A model generated the notes under the pieces. That model did not search any database, was not told the DNA's origin, and saw only the letters and a list, made by a program, of their open reading frames with translations. Positions 1-9,035 of a stretch of 59,750 nucleotides of DNA are shown piece by piece. The first letter of the stretch is position 1. Each line of letters starts with the position of its first letter. A program made the translations under genes and the position numbers. This DNA is from Minisyncoccota bacterium (lineage in GTDB: Bacteria > Patescibacteriota > Minisyncoccia > Phycocordibacterales > Phycocordibacteraceae), in contig JALHQL010000007.1 in assembly GCA_022841985.1 (NCBI GenBank), positions 1-59,750 of the forward strand. The letters run 5' to 3'.

Positions 1-171
1 GGGGTGGGGGGGTGGGGGGGGGGGGCGCCCCGCTAACACACAACACGAAGGCAACACTTGAGCCATCACCTTTTCAGGAGTTGTTAGTCCCATCGTAACA
101 GCAATAAACATGCCCACCATGATGGTAACAAGTATGGTAAACAGACCGATAATTATCGGTCTGTTTTTCAT
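1..171 (-). CDS. possible small membrane protein, partial (runs off window start); doubtful
   Basis: Not in ORF track. ATG (minus) at 169-171 reads MKNRPIIIGLFTILVTIMVGMFIAVTMGLTTPEK..., giving one hydrophobic helix. No clear Shine-Dalgarno. The distal part is poly-Pro translated from the G-run at 1-30, so the 3' end is unreliable. Confidence 0.2.
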   Translation of the reverse strand, partial: MKNRPIIIGLFTILVTIMVGMFIAVTMGLTTPEKVMAQVLPSCCVLAGRPPPPPPHP

Positions 172-252
172 ATATAGAATGATCGATTTAATTTTTTGCA
201 TGCATTGTGAAATACGCACCTGCCGCCTGCGCGGCGTATAAAAAAGGAGCCG

Positions 253-284
253 GCGTGACAATGCTGCTTGCAGCATTGTCACGC
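253..284 (-). terminator. rho-independent terminator downstream of 304..1392
   Basis: 15-bp inverted repeat gcgtgacaatgctgc / gcagcattgtcacgc. On the minus strand it is followed by ggctcctttttt. Confidence 0.6.
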
Positions 285-303
285 TTCTCCAGAAATCAAC
301 TAA

Positions 304-1392
304 CTAATTCGACCAGACACCCCACGGCCAATATAACTCAGGTTCACCAGAAGGAATCTCTTCTCTTGCATACCACACTATAGCGGTTTTAATACCGGAT
401 TCTCTTCTCCGATAATCAAACCACTGAACGCCAATTCCATCGGAATGACTGGAGATCCATGTACTCCGCCATTCGTTATACTTCTCGAGATATGCCATAT
501 ATTTTCTATAGGTTATCCCGTACGTAGTAGGATCCATGTCTGGAGAAGGCCGTACTTCCGCATAGGGAGGAAGCCCGGGATTCCCACGTTCAAGACAAAG
601 CACTACCCTGAATGGTGATTCTTTTTCGGTCACCAGTACCGGTAGACGAAGAATGTGTTCACCGGGCTCGGGTATATAGCTGCCCATCATCTGGACCGGC
701 TGACCCACCACTCTTACATCTTCGGAAAAGTCACATCCTCTGACTTCACATTCATCTTCCCACCAACGTTCGAATTCATCCTCTTCACCCGCACGTTTTA
801 ATCCGACACAGTCATTACTGATTGTTTTTGGACCAAGTAGCGCGAATCGTACTATCGTATCCCCCGGCCGCGTAAAGTAATGGATCTCCACACAATCCGG
901 TGGGACTTCTTTTTCTACTGGATTTGTGCAGTCCGAGGCAAGGACGATCCTCTTCGTCTTAGGATCAACCCATACTTTTTCACCTTTCTTGAATTTCCGG
1001 GAGACGCAGTGCAGCACCGGTTTATAGCTTTTCCCGTGAGGTTTGAGGCAAGCGAGCCAGTATTCACCGGAAGGTGCATTCTCGATTTTGAGAGACCTCA
1101 AGAAAGCGGGAACTTGAGCGACAGTCGTGAGACCCGCCTTTGGATCCGATATCTGAAACATTTCCAGATAATCCTTGGGACTGGCACATGATCCGCTTTT
1201 TTTACAAAAGTCTGGATCAAGTAGCATCACCCCTTCCGGATCCCTGACAAGCGCGACCTCTATTCTATTGGCAAGATCCGAAGAGTTCACGACTCCTTTC
1301 ATGAATGGCTTCCCAACGGGCGCGGCCCAAACAACTGATGCGGATACCGCTCCCAATACAAGTGCGGCAATCATGCTAATGATATGCATCAC
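304..1392 (-). CDS. secreted Cys-rich hypothetical protein
   Basis: 362-aa ORF. N-terminal signal-like segment MMHIISMIAALVLGAVSASVVWAAP. AAGGAG-type RBS (ggaaaggagc) about 6 nt upstream on the minus strand. About 14 Cys. No family recognised. Confidence 0.7.
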   Translation of the reverse strand: MMHIISMIAALVLGAVSASVVWAAPVGKPFMKGVVNSSDLANRIEVALVRDPEGVMLLDPDFCKKSGSCASPKDYLEMFQISDPKAGLTTVAQVPAFLRSLKIENAPSGEYWLACLKPHGKSYKPVLHCVSRKFKKGEKVWVDPKTKRIVLASDCTNPVEKEVPPDCVEIHYFTRPGDTIVRFALLGPKTISNDCVGLKRAGEEDEFERWWEDECEVRGCDFSEDVRVVGQPVQMMGSYIPEPGEHILRLPVLVTEKESPFRVVLCLERGNPGLPPYAEVRPSPDMDPTTYGITYRKYMAYLEKYNEWRSTWISSHSDGIGVQWFDYRRRESGIKTAIVWYAREEIPSGEPELYWPWGVWSN

Positions 1393-1451
1393 AAGCTCCT
1401 TTCCATGACGCTAGGTGTGACCTTAGTTAGTTGATCTATTCAAAGAACATT

Positions 1452-1504
1452 CTCTCCCGTTGCGGAGAGCCATTCAGTTTCTAACTAGTTAGAAACTGAA
1501 TGGC
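1452..1504 (-). terminator. tandem hairpins (perfect 36-bp palindrome plus 6-bp hairpin) at the sortase 3' end
   Basis: gccattcagtttctaact|agttagaaactgaatggc (1469-1504) is a perfect palindrome centred on the sortase TAG stop. It is followed on the minus strand by ctctcc-gcaacg-ggagag (1452-1469). No T-run. Confidence 0.4.
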
Positions 1505-2159
1505 TTTCAACAAAGTCTGCAACGACAACAAAACGATCTGTTTTCGCACCGAATGAATCGCAAGTCACGAGCGTAAGTATCTTTTCGACGGTTACCAACG
1601 GAATCGCTGAATTGTCGTCCGCATTTTCTTTTGCAACGCTTCTCACGCGATACGTATACGATGTGCCCGAAGAAGATACAACAATGGTATCTCCTGCCAC
1701 AAGTTTCTGAATACCATTGAAAGTCTTGTACGCCTGATTTTTTACAATCGGCAAATAGCTCGAATGGCCGAAAAGGACAACATTGCCCGTTTCGCCGAGT
1801 TTTGCCGAAGTCGGATATCGCACGACCCCCTTGAGGAGCAAGCTGTCGAGCGCCGCGATATCTGTCGTGTTCGGATTTTCGATCGACGTCGCAAGTTTGA
1901 GTGTGGGAATCGCTACATTTATCGGAAGTTCTACACGCAGTGGCGTACGCGCGCTCGTCGCGATATGCGGACTCGCAGAAAGAACGGCCTGCGAAGTACC
2001 CGACACTGATTTGATCTCTGGCAAGAGATCAAACTGCGCAAGAACAAACACCATAGCAAAGAACAGGACGCAAAAAAGACCTAGGAAGCCCCACTTCCTT
2101 GCGTAGATTTGGACACCGGCTCTGGCGAGCCAGGCAATAAGGCTGATAAGTCCCTGCAT
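1485..2159 (-). CDS. sortase family transpeptidase (membrane anchored)
   Basis: N-terminal TM (FLGLFCVLFFAMVFVLAQF). Catalytic His context VVLFGHSSY. Signature LTLVTCDSFG (TLxTC Cys motif). Downstream Arg (TDRFVVV). Confidence 0.8.
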   Translation of the reverse strand: MQGLISLIAWLARAGVQIYARKWGFLGLFCVLFFAMVFVLAQFDLLPEIKSVSGTSQAVLSASPHIATSARTPLRVELPINVAIPTLKLATSIENPNTTDIAALDSLLLKGVVRYPTSAKLGETGNVVLFGHSSYLPIVKNQAYKTFNGIQKLVAGDTIVVSSSGTSYTYRVRSVAKENADDNSAIPLVTVEKILTLVTCDSFGAKTDRFVVVADFVESHSVSN

Positions 2160-2229
2160 ATCGTCTTATGTACTAATACACCATTGTACTGCATATGTCA
2201 AGTCATTAACTTGACATTAAAACCACGCT

Positions 2230-3021
2230 ATGTTATATATGTCTTGTCCTATGGATACCCATACACCCAGCAATTCGACTCGGCAGACCGCTATATACGG
2301 CCTTGCTGTAGTGGGTTGTATCACTCTTGTGGCTCTCGGCATATGGCTCGCCGTCTATTCGGTGCGCTATATTCCTACTCTCACCAGCACGATTGACCGC
2401 CTCGGTGCGGCGGCCGTTTCGCTCACGCAAGTTTTCACCCCTTTTTCAAAATCTACTCTTTCGGTCATCCCCGTCGGTTCAACGACTATTCCATTTGGCA
2501 CGGGAACCTCAACACTTTCAACTACTTCTACAACGCCGAATACTTCTACAGCTTCTACAAAAATAAACTGGACTCCGGGAACACCAATTGCTATTACGAA
2601 TAATGAAACAACTTCTCCATCGGTACCTGTAACACCACACTATTCCGGTTTACCAAACCTTGCGGTCAAAATAACAACTGTCGGATACAAAGCAGCTGAT
2701 GGCAACATAATTGCGACTACCACAATTCCTGCCAACACACAGATTGCAGTGAAATTTAAAGTGACCAATATTGGCACGAATGTGTCAGGACTATGGGCGA
2801 TGAATATCGCTATCCCCTCAGACGGAATGCTCGGGCAACAGTCGTTTACTATAGAATCACTTGCACCTACTCAGCCACGTGAATTTATAGCGTCTTTTGG
2901 AAATATCACCCCCGGATCTAATCGTACGATTGTGATTACCGTTGATCCGAACCATCAACTTATCGAATCGAGTATTGCAAACAACGTCGCAACGACAAGC
3001 GTAACTGTTCTTGGCTCATAA
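2230..3021 (+). CDS. membrane-anchored surface protein with S/T-rich linker and C-terminal CARDB-like domain
   Basis: TM AIYGLAVVGCITLVALGIWLAVY and a T/S-rich linker. C-terminal LAVKITTVGY...KFKVTNIGTNVSG...ITVDPNHQLIESSIANN matches the CARDB pattern (VxNxG ... VDxxNxxxExxExNN). Start could be a downstream ATG (2239 or 2251). Confidence 0.7.
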   Translation: MLYMSCPMDTHTPSNSTRQTAIYGLAVVGCITLVALGIWLAVYSVRYIPTLTSTIDRLGAAAVSLTQVFTPFSKSTLSVIPVGSTTIPFGTGTSTLSTTSTTPNTSTASTKINWTPGTPIAITNNETTSPSVPVTPHYSGLPNLAVKITTVGYKAADGNIIATTTIPANTQIAVKFKVTNIGTNVSGLWAMNIAIPSDGMLGQQSFTIESLAPTQPREFIASFGNITPGSNRTIVITVDPNHQLIESSIANNVATTSVTVLGS

Positions 3022-3119
3022 CCCACTCATTGGAAAATGAGCGAGCGAGTTCCGGTAGATGTGAACGTCTGGAACACGACGGCGTAAGGTAGAGTACATT
3101 TTCACCGGAACTTGTGAAC

Positions 3120-5183
3120 TTACACGTCCAAGTTTGCGTATTTGGCGTTTGATTGGATAAACGATTTGCGTGCGGAGACGTCAGTTCCCATAAGGATATC
3201 AAAGATGCGATCGGCTGCCTCAGCATCCTCGACACTCACCTTCTTCAAGACACGTCGTCCCGGATCCATCGTGGTCTCCCACAGCTCAGATGCATTCATT
3301 TCGCCAAGGCCTTTGTAACGCTGGATGTTTGCCTTTGCTGGTTTCTTTGATACTGCGGCTTCTTCTTCGAGCGTCGTATCATCGCCTTCATCGAGGATTG
3401 CTACTTCTGTCGGTGCAACGCCCATCTCCTTGAGCGCTTCTTCTTTTTCAGCATCGGAATACGCATAGGCGACCGCCTTTCCTTTGGTTATTTTATACAG
3501 CGGTGGTTGTGCGATATAAATAAAGCCCCCGTCAATAATCGCGCGGAAGTGACGGAAAAAGAGCGTGAGGATAAGCGTACGGATGTGCGCACCATCAACG
3601 TCGGCATCAGTTGCGATGATGATTTTGTGATAGCGAAGTTTAGAAAGATCAAAGACATCGCCGACGGCAGTGCCGAGCGCCACCACGAGATTTCTTACCT
3701 GCTCTGAAGCGAGCATCTTGTCGAGGCGTGCGCGCTCCACATTCAAAATTTTCCCTCGAAGCGGAAGAATAGCTTGTACGCGACGATCGCGACCCATCTT
3801 TGCGGTGCCGCCGGCAGAATCTCCCTCGACGATAAATAACTCCCCTTCTTCAGCACTCTTAGTCTGACAGTCGGCAAGCTTGCCCGGAAGCGTCATACCC
3901 TCAAGCGCACCCTTACGCAGTACTGAATCCTTTGCTGCCTTCGCCGCTTTGCGTGCTTTCAACGCAAGAAGTACTTTATTGATGATGGCTCGAGCATCAT
4001 CTGGATTTTCTTCGAGATATGCCCCGAGTGATTCGCCAAATACGGCCGCGACCGCACCCTGCGCCTCAACCGAACCAAGTTTCGCTTTTGTTTGTCCTTC
4101 GAACTGAATTTCGGGAAGCTTCACTGAAACAACCGCCGTAATACCTTCAAGTACATCATCGCCTGTGAAGTTCTCATCCTTTTCTTTCAAGATGTTCGCA
4201 TTCCTACCGTACGTATTCAGGCTGCGGGTGAGCGCCGTTTTAAAGCCGGTGATGTGCGTGCCGCCCTCGCTATTGTAGGTATTGTTCGCAAAGGCGGTGA
4301 TACGCGGCGTGATATCGTCGACGTATTGGAATGCGACCTCGACAGCGACATTGTCCTGTTCGCGATCGATATAAAAAATATTTTTATGCGCTGGCTCCTG
4401 GTGCCGATTATAAAATGCGACAAGCGACTTCAAACCGCCTTCAAAATAGAAGGTTAGCGACGGCGCTTCAAAACCCTTCAGATCGCGCAGATAGAAACAG
4501 CCTTCATCATTGACCTCCGGAAGAGTGTGGGCGTCTATGATACTAATGCGCACTCCTTTTATCAGGTATGCCTGCTGGCGCAAGTGCGCAACGATCTTAT
4601 CCCAGTTCCATTCGATACCTTCCTTAAAAATTTCCACATCCGGCTTGAACTTCACGATTGTGCCATTAAGCTTCGTCGTACCGATCTTCTTGACCTTTCC
4701 GAGCGGTTTGCCGATTTTATATTCCTGTACATGAATGCTCCCCTCTTTGTGCACCATAACCGCAGTGTGCACCGATAAAGCATTCACCACAGATGCTCCG
4801 ACACCATGGAGGCCGCCCGAAACTTTGTAGCCAGAATCTTCGCCGCCGAATTTACCTCCGGCATGAAGCGTAGTCATGATGGTCTCAAGTGCAGAAACTT
4901 TTGTCTTTGGATGGATACCGACCGGAATACCGCGACCATTGTCCGCGACGCGCACATAGCCGTCCGGAAGAAGCGCGACTTCGATGTCACTTGCATAGCC
5001 GCCCATTGCTTCATCGCGAGAGTTATCAAAGATTTCCCAGATGAGGTGGTGTAAACCATCGGGACCAGTCGTACCGATGTACATACCCGGACGCTTTCGT
5101 ACCGGCTCAAGACCTTCAAGGACGGTAATGGACGAAGCGTCGTACGCTTTATTTTTCGATGCTTTTTCGATGCTTTTAGCCAT
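3120..5183 (-). CDS. gyrB: DNA gyrase subunit B
   Basis: YDASSITVLEGLEPVRKRPGMYIG, GGLHGVGASVVNALS, the Toprim motif ELFIVEGDSAGG, and PLRGKILNVE. Start moved to MAKSIEKAS (ATG 5183); the ORF-track start at 5219 adds 12 unlikely residues. Confidence 0.97.
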   Translation of the reverse strand: MAKSIEKASKNKAYDASSITVLEGLEPVRKRPGMYIGTTGPDGLHHLIWEIFDNSRDEAMGGYASDIEVALLPDGYVRVADNGRGIPVGIHPKTKVSALETIMTTLHAGGKFGGEDSGYKVSGGLHGVGASVVNALSVHTAVMVHKEGSIHVQEYKIGKPLGKVKKIGTTKLNGTIVKFKPDVEIFKEGIEWNWDKIVAHLRQQAYLIKGVRISIIDAHTLPEVNDEGCFYLRDLKGFEAPSLTFYFEGGLKSLVAFYNRHQEPAHKNIFYIDREQDNVAVEVAFQYVDDITPRITAFANNTYNSEGGTHITGFKTALTRSLNTYGRNANILKEKDENFTGDDVLEGITAVVSVKLPEIQFEGQTKAKLGSVEAQGAVAAVFGESLGAYLEENPDDARAIINKVLLALKARKAAKAAKDSVLRKGALEGMTLPGKLADCQTKSAEEGELFIVEGDSAGGTAKMGRDRRVQAILPLRGKILNVERARLDKMLASEQVRNLVVALGTAVGDVFDLSKLRYHKIIIATDADVDGAHIRTLILTLFFRHFRAIIDGGFIYIAQPPLYKITKGKAVAYAYSDAEKEEALKEMGVAPTEVAILDEGDDTTLEEEAAVSKKPAKANIQRYKGLGEMNASELWETTMDPGRRVLKKVSVEDAEAADRIFDILMGTDVSARKSFIQSNAKYANLDV

Positions 5184-5331
5184 AAAAATAGCCGATTCTC
5201 GGTACTCTAAGTATAGCACAAATAAATGGTTATTTCCTCATGGTTGTAGACATTCGGTATTCACAAAACACTACTGGAATCAGCCGGAATATCCCGCCTA
5301 CTTTGCGGCGAGAATGCCGAAATAGACTGTT

Positions 5332-6093
5332 TTAGTCTTCTTTTCCCCTACCTCTTGTATGATCCTTGTCACCATGATCTTCCCTCTCATCCATATGATC
5401 ATCAGTAAGGTCGAGCTTTTCAAGAATACGCTCATGCTTCTGTAACACCGTTTTCAGGGCGCGCTCGTTTTTATTTCTAATCTCTTTCTTATCGTCGCGA
5501 GAACTTTCACGGCGCTTATTTTCTTCTGAGGTTTTCTTGGAAAGGATTTCAGGAGAGCTGGTTGCAACAGTAGCGGTAGAGGTCGCGACAGACAGCGCTA
5601 CAGACGCCACATCATCGTCCTCAACATCTTTAATCTTCTTCTTCGCTTTAATGCTCTGCTCGCGTATGACCTTGCGTACCTCCTGTTTGAGCATTGAATC
5701 AAGTTTTTTGTCGGTCTCGAGAGACTCCGCCTCTTCAAGGCGTTTCTCAAGCAACCGCGTCTCGAACTTTGCCTCTGCCGCAGGCGAGGTTGCCGTTATC
5801 AGTCGCGCTACCGGCTCAGTCACTCGCGTCTTCACGGGGTACAGAATGTCCCCTGGGAGCGCGCCCTCTGCTGCCAATGATACAGAACCGCCATAGCCGA
5901 TAACAATGACAATCGAGAGAAATGCAGCCTGTGAGCGCTTCGAAAAGAAGAATTGCGACCAGGGTGATAGCATCGGACGCTGCGCGACATTCTCGCGCAT
6001 TTTTATGAGAAGTGATGAGCGCAGCGCTACTCGCTCTGCATCGGAGAGTGTTATCGCGCGAAGCTGTTCAGTGAATTTTGTTAGTGGGTCCAT
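5332..6093 (-). CDS. anti-sigma-factor-like membrane protein (DUF5667-like ectodomain, charged C-terminal tail)
   Basis: Lies 5 nt downstream of the ECF sigma gene. One TM (AAFLSIVIVIGYGGSVSLAA). LPGDILYPVK motif typical of DUF5667 partners of ECF sigmas. K/E/D-rich tail. Confidence 0.55.
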   Translation of the reverse strand: MDPLTKFTEQLRAITLSDAERVALRSSLLIKMRENVAQRPMLSPWSQFFFSKRSQAAFLSIVIVIGYGGSVSLAAEGALPGDILYPVKTRVTEPVARLITATSPAAEAKFETRLLEKRLEEAESLETDKKLDSMLKQEVRKVIREQSIKAKKKIKDVEDDDVASVALSVATSTATVATSSPEILSKKTSEENKRRESSRDDKKEIRNKNERALKTVLQKHERILEKLDLTDDHMDEREDHGDKDHTRGRGKED

Positions 6094-6098
6094 ATAGA

Positions 6099-6593
6099 TT
6101 ATTGCAACAAAGCCCGAAGTCGCTTCACGGCTCGATGCAAGCGCACTGAGACCGTGTTTTCGCTCTCGTTGAGGATCTCGGCAATCTCGCCCGGCGAGAG
6201 ATCTTCAACGAAACGCCATGTGATGAGCTTCTGATCGTCCTCTCCGAGCTCGCGAAGCTTTGCGAGCACGAGCGAGACTTCAGTCTGCTCTTCGACCCTA
6301 CTATCCGCCCCTACAGGTTCAAAACCCGCATCGAGCAGAACGTCAAGCGATGGGGATTTACGTTTTCGATACCAATCGATGACGAGATTGTCGGCAAGGC
6401 GATAGAGAAAAGCGCGCATGTTAAGTATCGAGTCTTGCCGCTGCATATAGGACCACGCCTTGAGAAACACATCTTGCGTCAGATCCTGCGCAAGCTCGCG
6501 TTCGCCTGTCTTGAAATAGCAATGACGAAAGATGGCGTCAGCGTGAGCATCGTAGGCTGATAGCAGTTTCATTTCCAAAGAGGTGTCCTTCAT
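6099..6593 (-). CDS. ECF-type RNA polymerase sigma-70 family factor
   Basis: Region 2 (DLTQDVFLKAWSY...FLYRLADNLVIDWYRKR) and region 4 HTH (LSPGEIAEILNESENTVSVRLHRAVKRLR). Start set to MKDTSLEM (6593) because the longer ORF start (6653) lies inside the hairpin at 6650-6686. Confidence 0.85.
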   Translation of the reverse strand: MKDTSLEMKLLSAYDAHADAIFRHCYFKTGERELAQDLTQDVFLKAWSYMQRQDSILNMRAFLYRLADNLVIDWYRKRKSPSLDVLLDAGFEPVGADSRVEEQTEVSLVLAKLRELGEDDQKLITWRFVEDLSPGEIAEILNESENTVSVRLHRAVKRLRALLQ

Positions 6594-6649
6594 AGAGTGT
6601 GACGTGGCGGCAGCGATTTTCTTACCGTGCGGCAATGGTAGCAGGTATA

Positions 6650-6686
6650 GCACGAAACCGCCCTTCGCACAGGGGCGGTTTCGTGC
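6650..6686 (-). terminator. hairpin downstream of 6702..8255
   Basis: gcacgaaaccgccc-ttcgcaca-ggggcggtttcgtgc gives a 14-bp stem. No clear T-run. Confidence 0.45.
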
Positions 6687-6701
6687 AAACTTGAGCTATG
6701 T

Positions 6702-8255
6702 TTAGTTTGTGGTGACAAAGCTCTGAGTCGAAGTGGTAGCAGTATTTGTGGCTGCATCAACCGACTCAAGCACGTAGTAGTAAGTCGTCGAGGAGGCCAA
6801 TCCTGAAAAGCCCAGGGAGTGACTTGCGACGAGCGAGTTGTTACTAATGGTGAGCGCCGTACCGAGGTTTACCGGCGACGTAGTGCCGTAGTAGATCTTA
6901 CTTGTGGCAGGTTCATTTGTCTGCCACGAGATCATGGCAGTCGTCGAACTGACATTTGATGTGCTGATCGCAGAGATTACCGGAGCAACCGTGTCAGCAA
7001 TCGGAGGCGCGGCAGTGACAAAACTCTGGGTCGAAGTGGTCGACGTATTCAGAGCAGCATCCTTCGACTCAATGACGTAATAATACGTCGTCGACGACGC
7101 AAGACCGGTGAGCGTAAGAGTACGGCCTCCGACGAGCGAATTATTACTTACCGTGAGGGCAGTACCGAGGTTTACCGGCGACGTAGTGCCGTAGTAGATC
7201 TTGCTTGTAGCAGACTCATTTGTCTGCCACGAGATCGAAGCCGATGAAACAGAGATGCCTGATACACTCACTGTCGAAATTACTGGCGCAACCGTGTCCG
7301 CGACAGGAGATGCGGCAGTAATGAAGCTCTGGGTTGAAGTGGTCGACGTATTCAGGGCAGCGTCCTTTGATTCAATGACGTAGTAATACGTTGTTGATGG
7401 CGCAAGACCGGTGAGATTCAGTGTACGGCTTTTGACAAATGAACTGTCACCTACCGTGAGTGCGGTTCCGAGATTTACCGGCGTCGCAGTGCTGAAGTAG
7501 ACCTTGCCCGTAGCACGTTCGTTCGTAGACCATGAGATTGAAGCCGATGCTGTAGAGATGTTTGACACGCTAACGGTAGAAATTATCGGGGCAACAGTGT
7601 CATAGGCAGGCGGTTTCGGAGTATTGTGATCATCATCGTCATCGCGATCTAGAAGATCTTTTATACCCTTCGGAAGCTTCTGGCACTCAGGCACAATCGG
7701 CTTGTCTTCGCCTTTATGCTTCTTGAGCCATCCTGGGGCAATGAGGTGACCTGGCGGGACGATTGCGCAAGGACGTCTATCTTCATTCTTTTTCTCGCGC
7801 TTTTCTCCATCCCGCACTTCTTTAGTCGAGGTGGCGTTATCAAAAGCGAGAGGACGTTCTTTCAGACGCTCTTGGAGTTTCTTGAGAGTTTTTGGACCAA
7901 CGAAGCCAACCTGCTCGATGCCATTATTCTTTTGGAAGCGCTTTACAGCCTCGGAGGTCAAGCGGCCAAAGTATCCGGAAACGATGCCCTCCGGATAAAT
8001 GGAAGGATCAGCGGCAAGAAGGGCCTGCAGCACCGCAACTTGCTCGCCAGCTGAGCCCTGCTTGAGGGTCATCTGGAGTGTCGCGAGGTACTGCTGCTGT
8101 TGCTGCTGTAGCGAATTAATTTGCGTTTGGAGCGTCTGAATTTGCCCGACGAGCGTTGTTGCACTCGTGGTAGAAGTTGTCTGGGCAAAAGCAAGTGCCG
8201 GCGCGAAAACGCCGAGCGCGAGCATGGTTGCCATTACTTTTTTAAATGCTGACAT
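6702..8255 (-). CDS. secreted protein: coiled-coil/Gln-rich segment, PG_binding_1-like domain, three FN3-like repeats
   Basis: Signal peptide MSAFKKVMATMLALGVFAPALAFAQ. The segment LQALLAADPSIYPEGIVSGYFGRLTSEAVKRFQKNNGIEQVGFVGPKTLKKL matches the peptidoglycan-binding repeat. Three ~100-aa DTVAP...ISWxTNExATxKxYY...TTYYYVxES repeats follow. Confidence 0.8.
   Translation of the reverse strand: MSAFKKVMATMLALGVFAPALAFAQTTSTTSATTLVGQIQTLQTQINSLQQQQQQYLATLQMTLKQGSAGEQVAVLQALLAADPSIYPEGIVSGYFGRLTSEAVKRFQKNNGIEQVGFVGPKTLKKLQERLKERPLAFDNATSTKEVRDGEKREKKNEDRRPCAIVPPGHLIAPGWLKKHKGEDKPIVPECQKLPKGIKDLLDRDDDDDHNTPKPPAYDTVAPIISTVSVSNISTASASISWSTNERATGKVYFSTATPVNLGTALTVGDSSFVKSRTLNLTGLAPSTTYYYVIESKDAALNTSTTSTQSFITAASPVADTVAPVISTVSVSGISVSSASISWQTNESATSKIYYGTTSPVNLGTALTVSNNSLVGGRTLTLTGLASSTTYYYVIESKDAALNTSTTSTQSFVTAAPPIADTVAPVISAISTSNVSSTTAMISWQTNEPATSKIYYGTTSPVNLGTALTISNNSLVASHSLGFSGLASSTTYYYVLESVDAATNTATTSTQSFVTTN
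6705..7601 (-). repeat. three tandem ~303-bp (101-codon) coding repeats
   Basis: Units are 7601-7299, 7298-6996 and 6995-6705 on the minus strand. Long identical DNA stretches occur, e.g. accgaggtttaccggcgacgtagtgccgtagtagatctt in units 2 and 3. Confidence 0.85.
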
Positions 8256-8364
8256 AGGAATTAAAGATGAAGTTAATGTGTAATACACTCGAGCACTACC
8301 TACTGAGACGTTGCAGCAGGCATCGTCTTACAACCTCCAGTATACCAGTAGATATGGTGTTCAT

Positions 8365-8391
8365 ATGGCATAGACACGCTGTCTATGCCAT
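8365..8391 (-). terminator. hairpin downstream of gpmA
   Basis: atggcatagac-acgct-gtctatgccat gives an 11-bp stem, 6 nt after the gpmA stop. No T-run. Confidence 0.4.
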
Positions 8392-8396
8392 CGACA

Positions 8397-9035
8397 TTAG
8401 GCATTCACTTTTGACTCCACTATGCGCACTTCTTTGTGAACTGACTTACCCTCTTCATCCACCTGATAGAGAACCACGGATCCGAACATCATTTCAACAT
8501 TCTTCGCGTTTTCCTTTGGAATCGATTCCATGTAGATCATGAGTGCACGCAGAGCATTCCCATGCGATACCACAAGCACCCTGTGACCCTCCTGAAGAAG
8601 CGGCACGATCGTGCTGAGATAAAACGGCACGACACGCTCATACACCATCTTAAGCGTTTCACCTCCGGGAATGGGATAGTCCCAGTCGCGGCGCATATGA
8701 TCAAATACATCTTCTCCGAGAAGCTGCTTCATCTCCCACTTATTTTTCCCCGTGTACTCGCCGTAATCACGCTCACCGAGTACTTGAATGTGTTGCGTTG
8801 GGACGTTGTAGAGCTCCCGATTATTCAACATGCATGAAAGCGTCTCTATCGAACGCACCTGCATAGAGGCGAACGCTCTGTCGATTTTTATGTCTTTGAG
8901 TAACTTACCCATCTCGTCTGACTTCAAGAATCCGTACTCAGTGAGATGCACATCACGGGTGCCGGTCCACATGCCCTTCTTGTTCCACAATGACTCGTGA
9001 TGCCGCGCAATGATAAGAGTTCCGGGGAGTGTCAT
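8397..9035 (-). CDS. gpmA: 2,3-bisphosphoglycerate-dependent phosphoglycerate mutase (histidine phosphatase family)
   Basis: RHHESLWNKKGMWTG (RHGE-type catalytic His motif), LGERDYGEYTGKNK, VVSHGNALRAL. Confidence 0.85.
   Translation of the reverse strand: MTLPGTLIIARHHESLWNKKGMWTGTRDVHLTEYGFLKSDEMGKLLKDIKIDRAFASMQVRSIETLSCMLNNRELYNVPTQHIQVLGERDYGEYTGKNKWEMKQLLGEDVFDHMRRDWDYPIPGGETLKMVYERVVPFYLSTIVPLLQEGHRVLVVSHGNALRALMIYMESIPKENAKNVEMMFGSVVLYQVDEEGKSVHKEVRIVESKVNA

Noticed and set aside
3039-3049. GAGCGAG(CGAG) motif recurring in spacers (3039, 19194, 26226) and as its complement in the 36.8-kb spacer
   Set aside because: A 7-mer is expected about 7 times by chance in 2 x 60 kb. Only the longer CTCGCTTGGTA triple at 36.7-36.9 kb is statistically meaningful, and that is reported separately.
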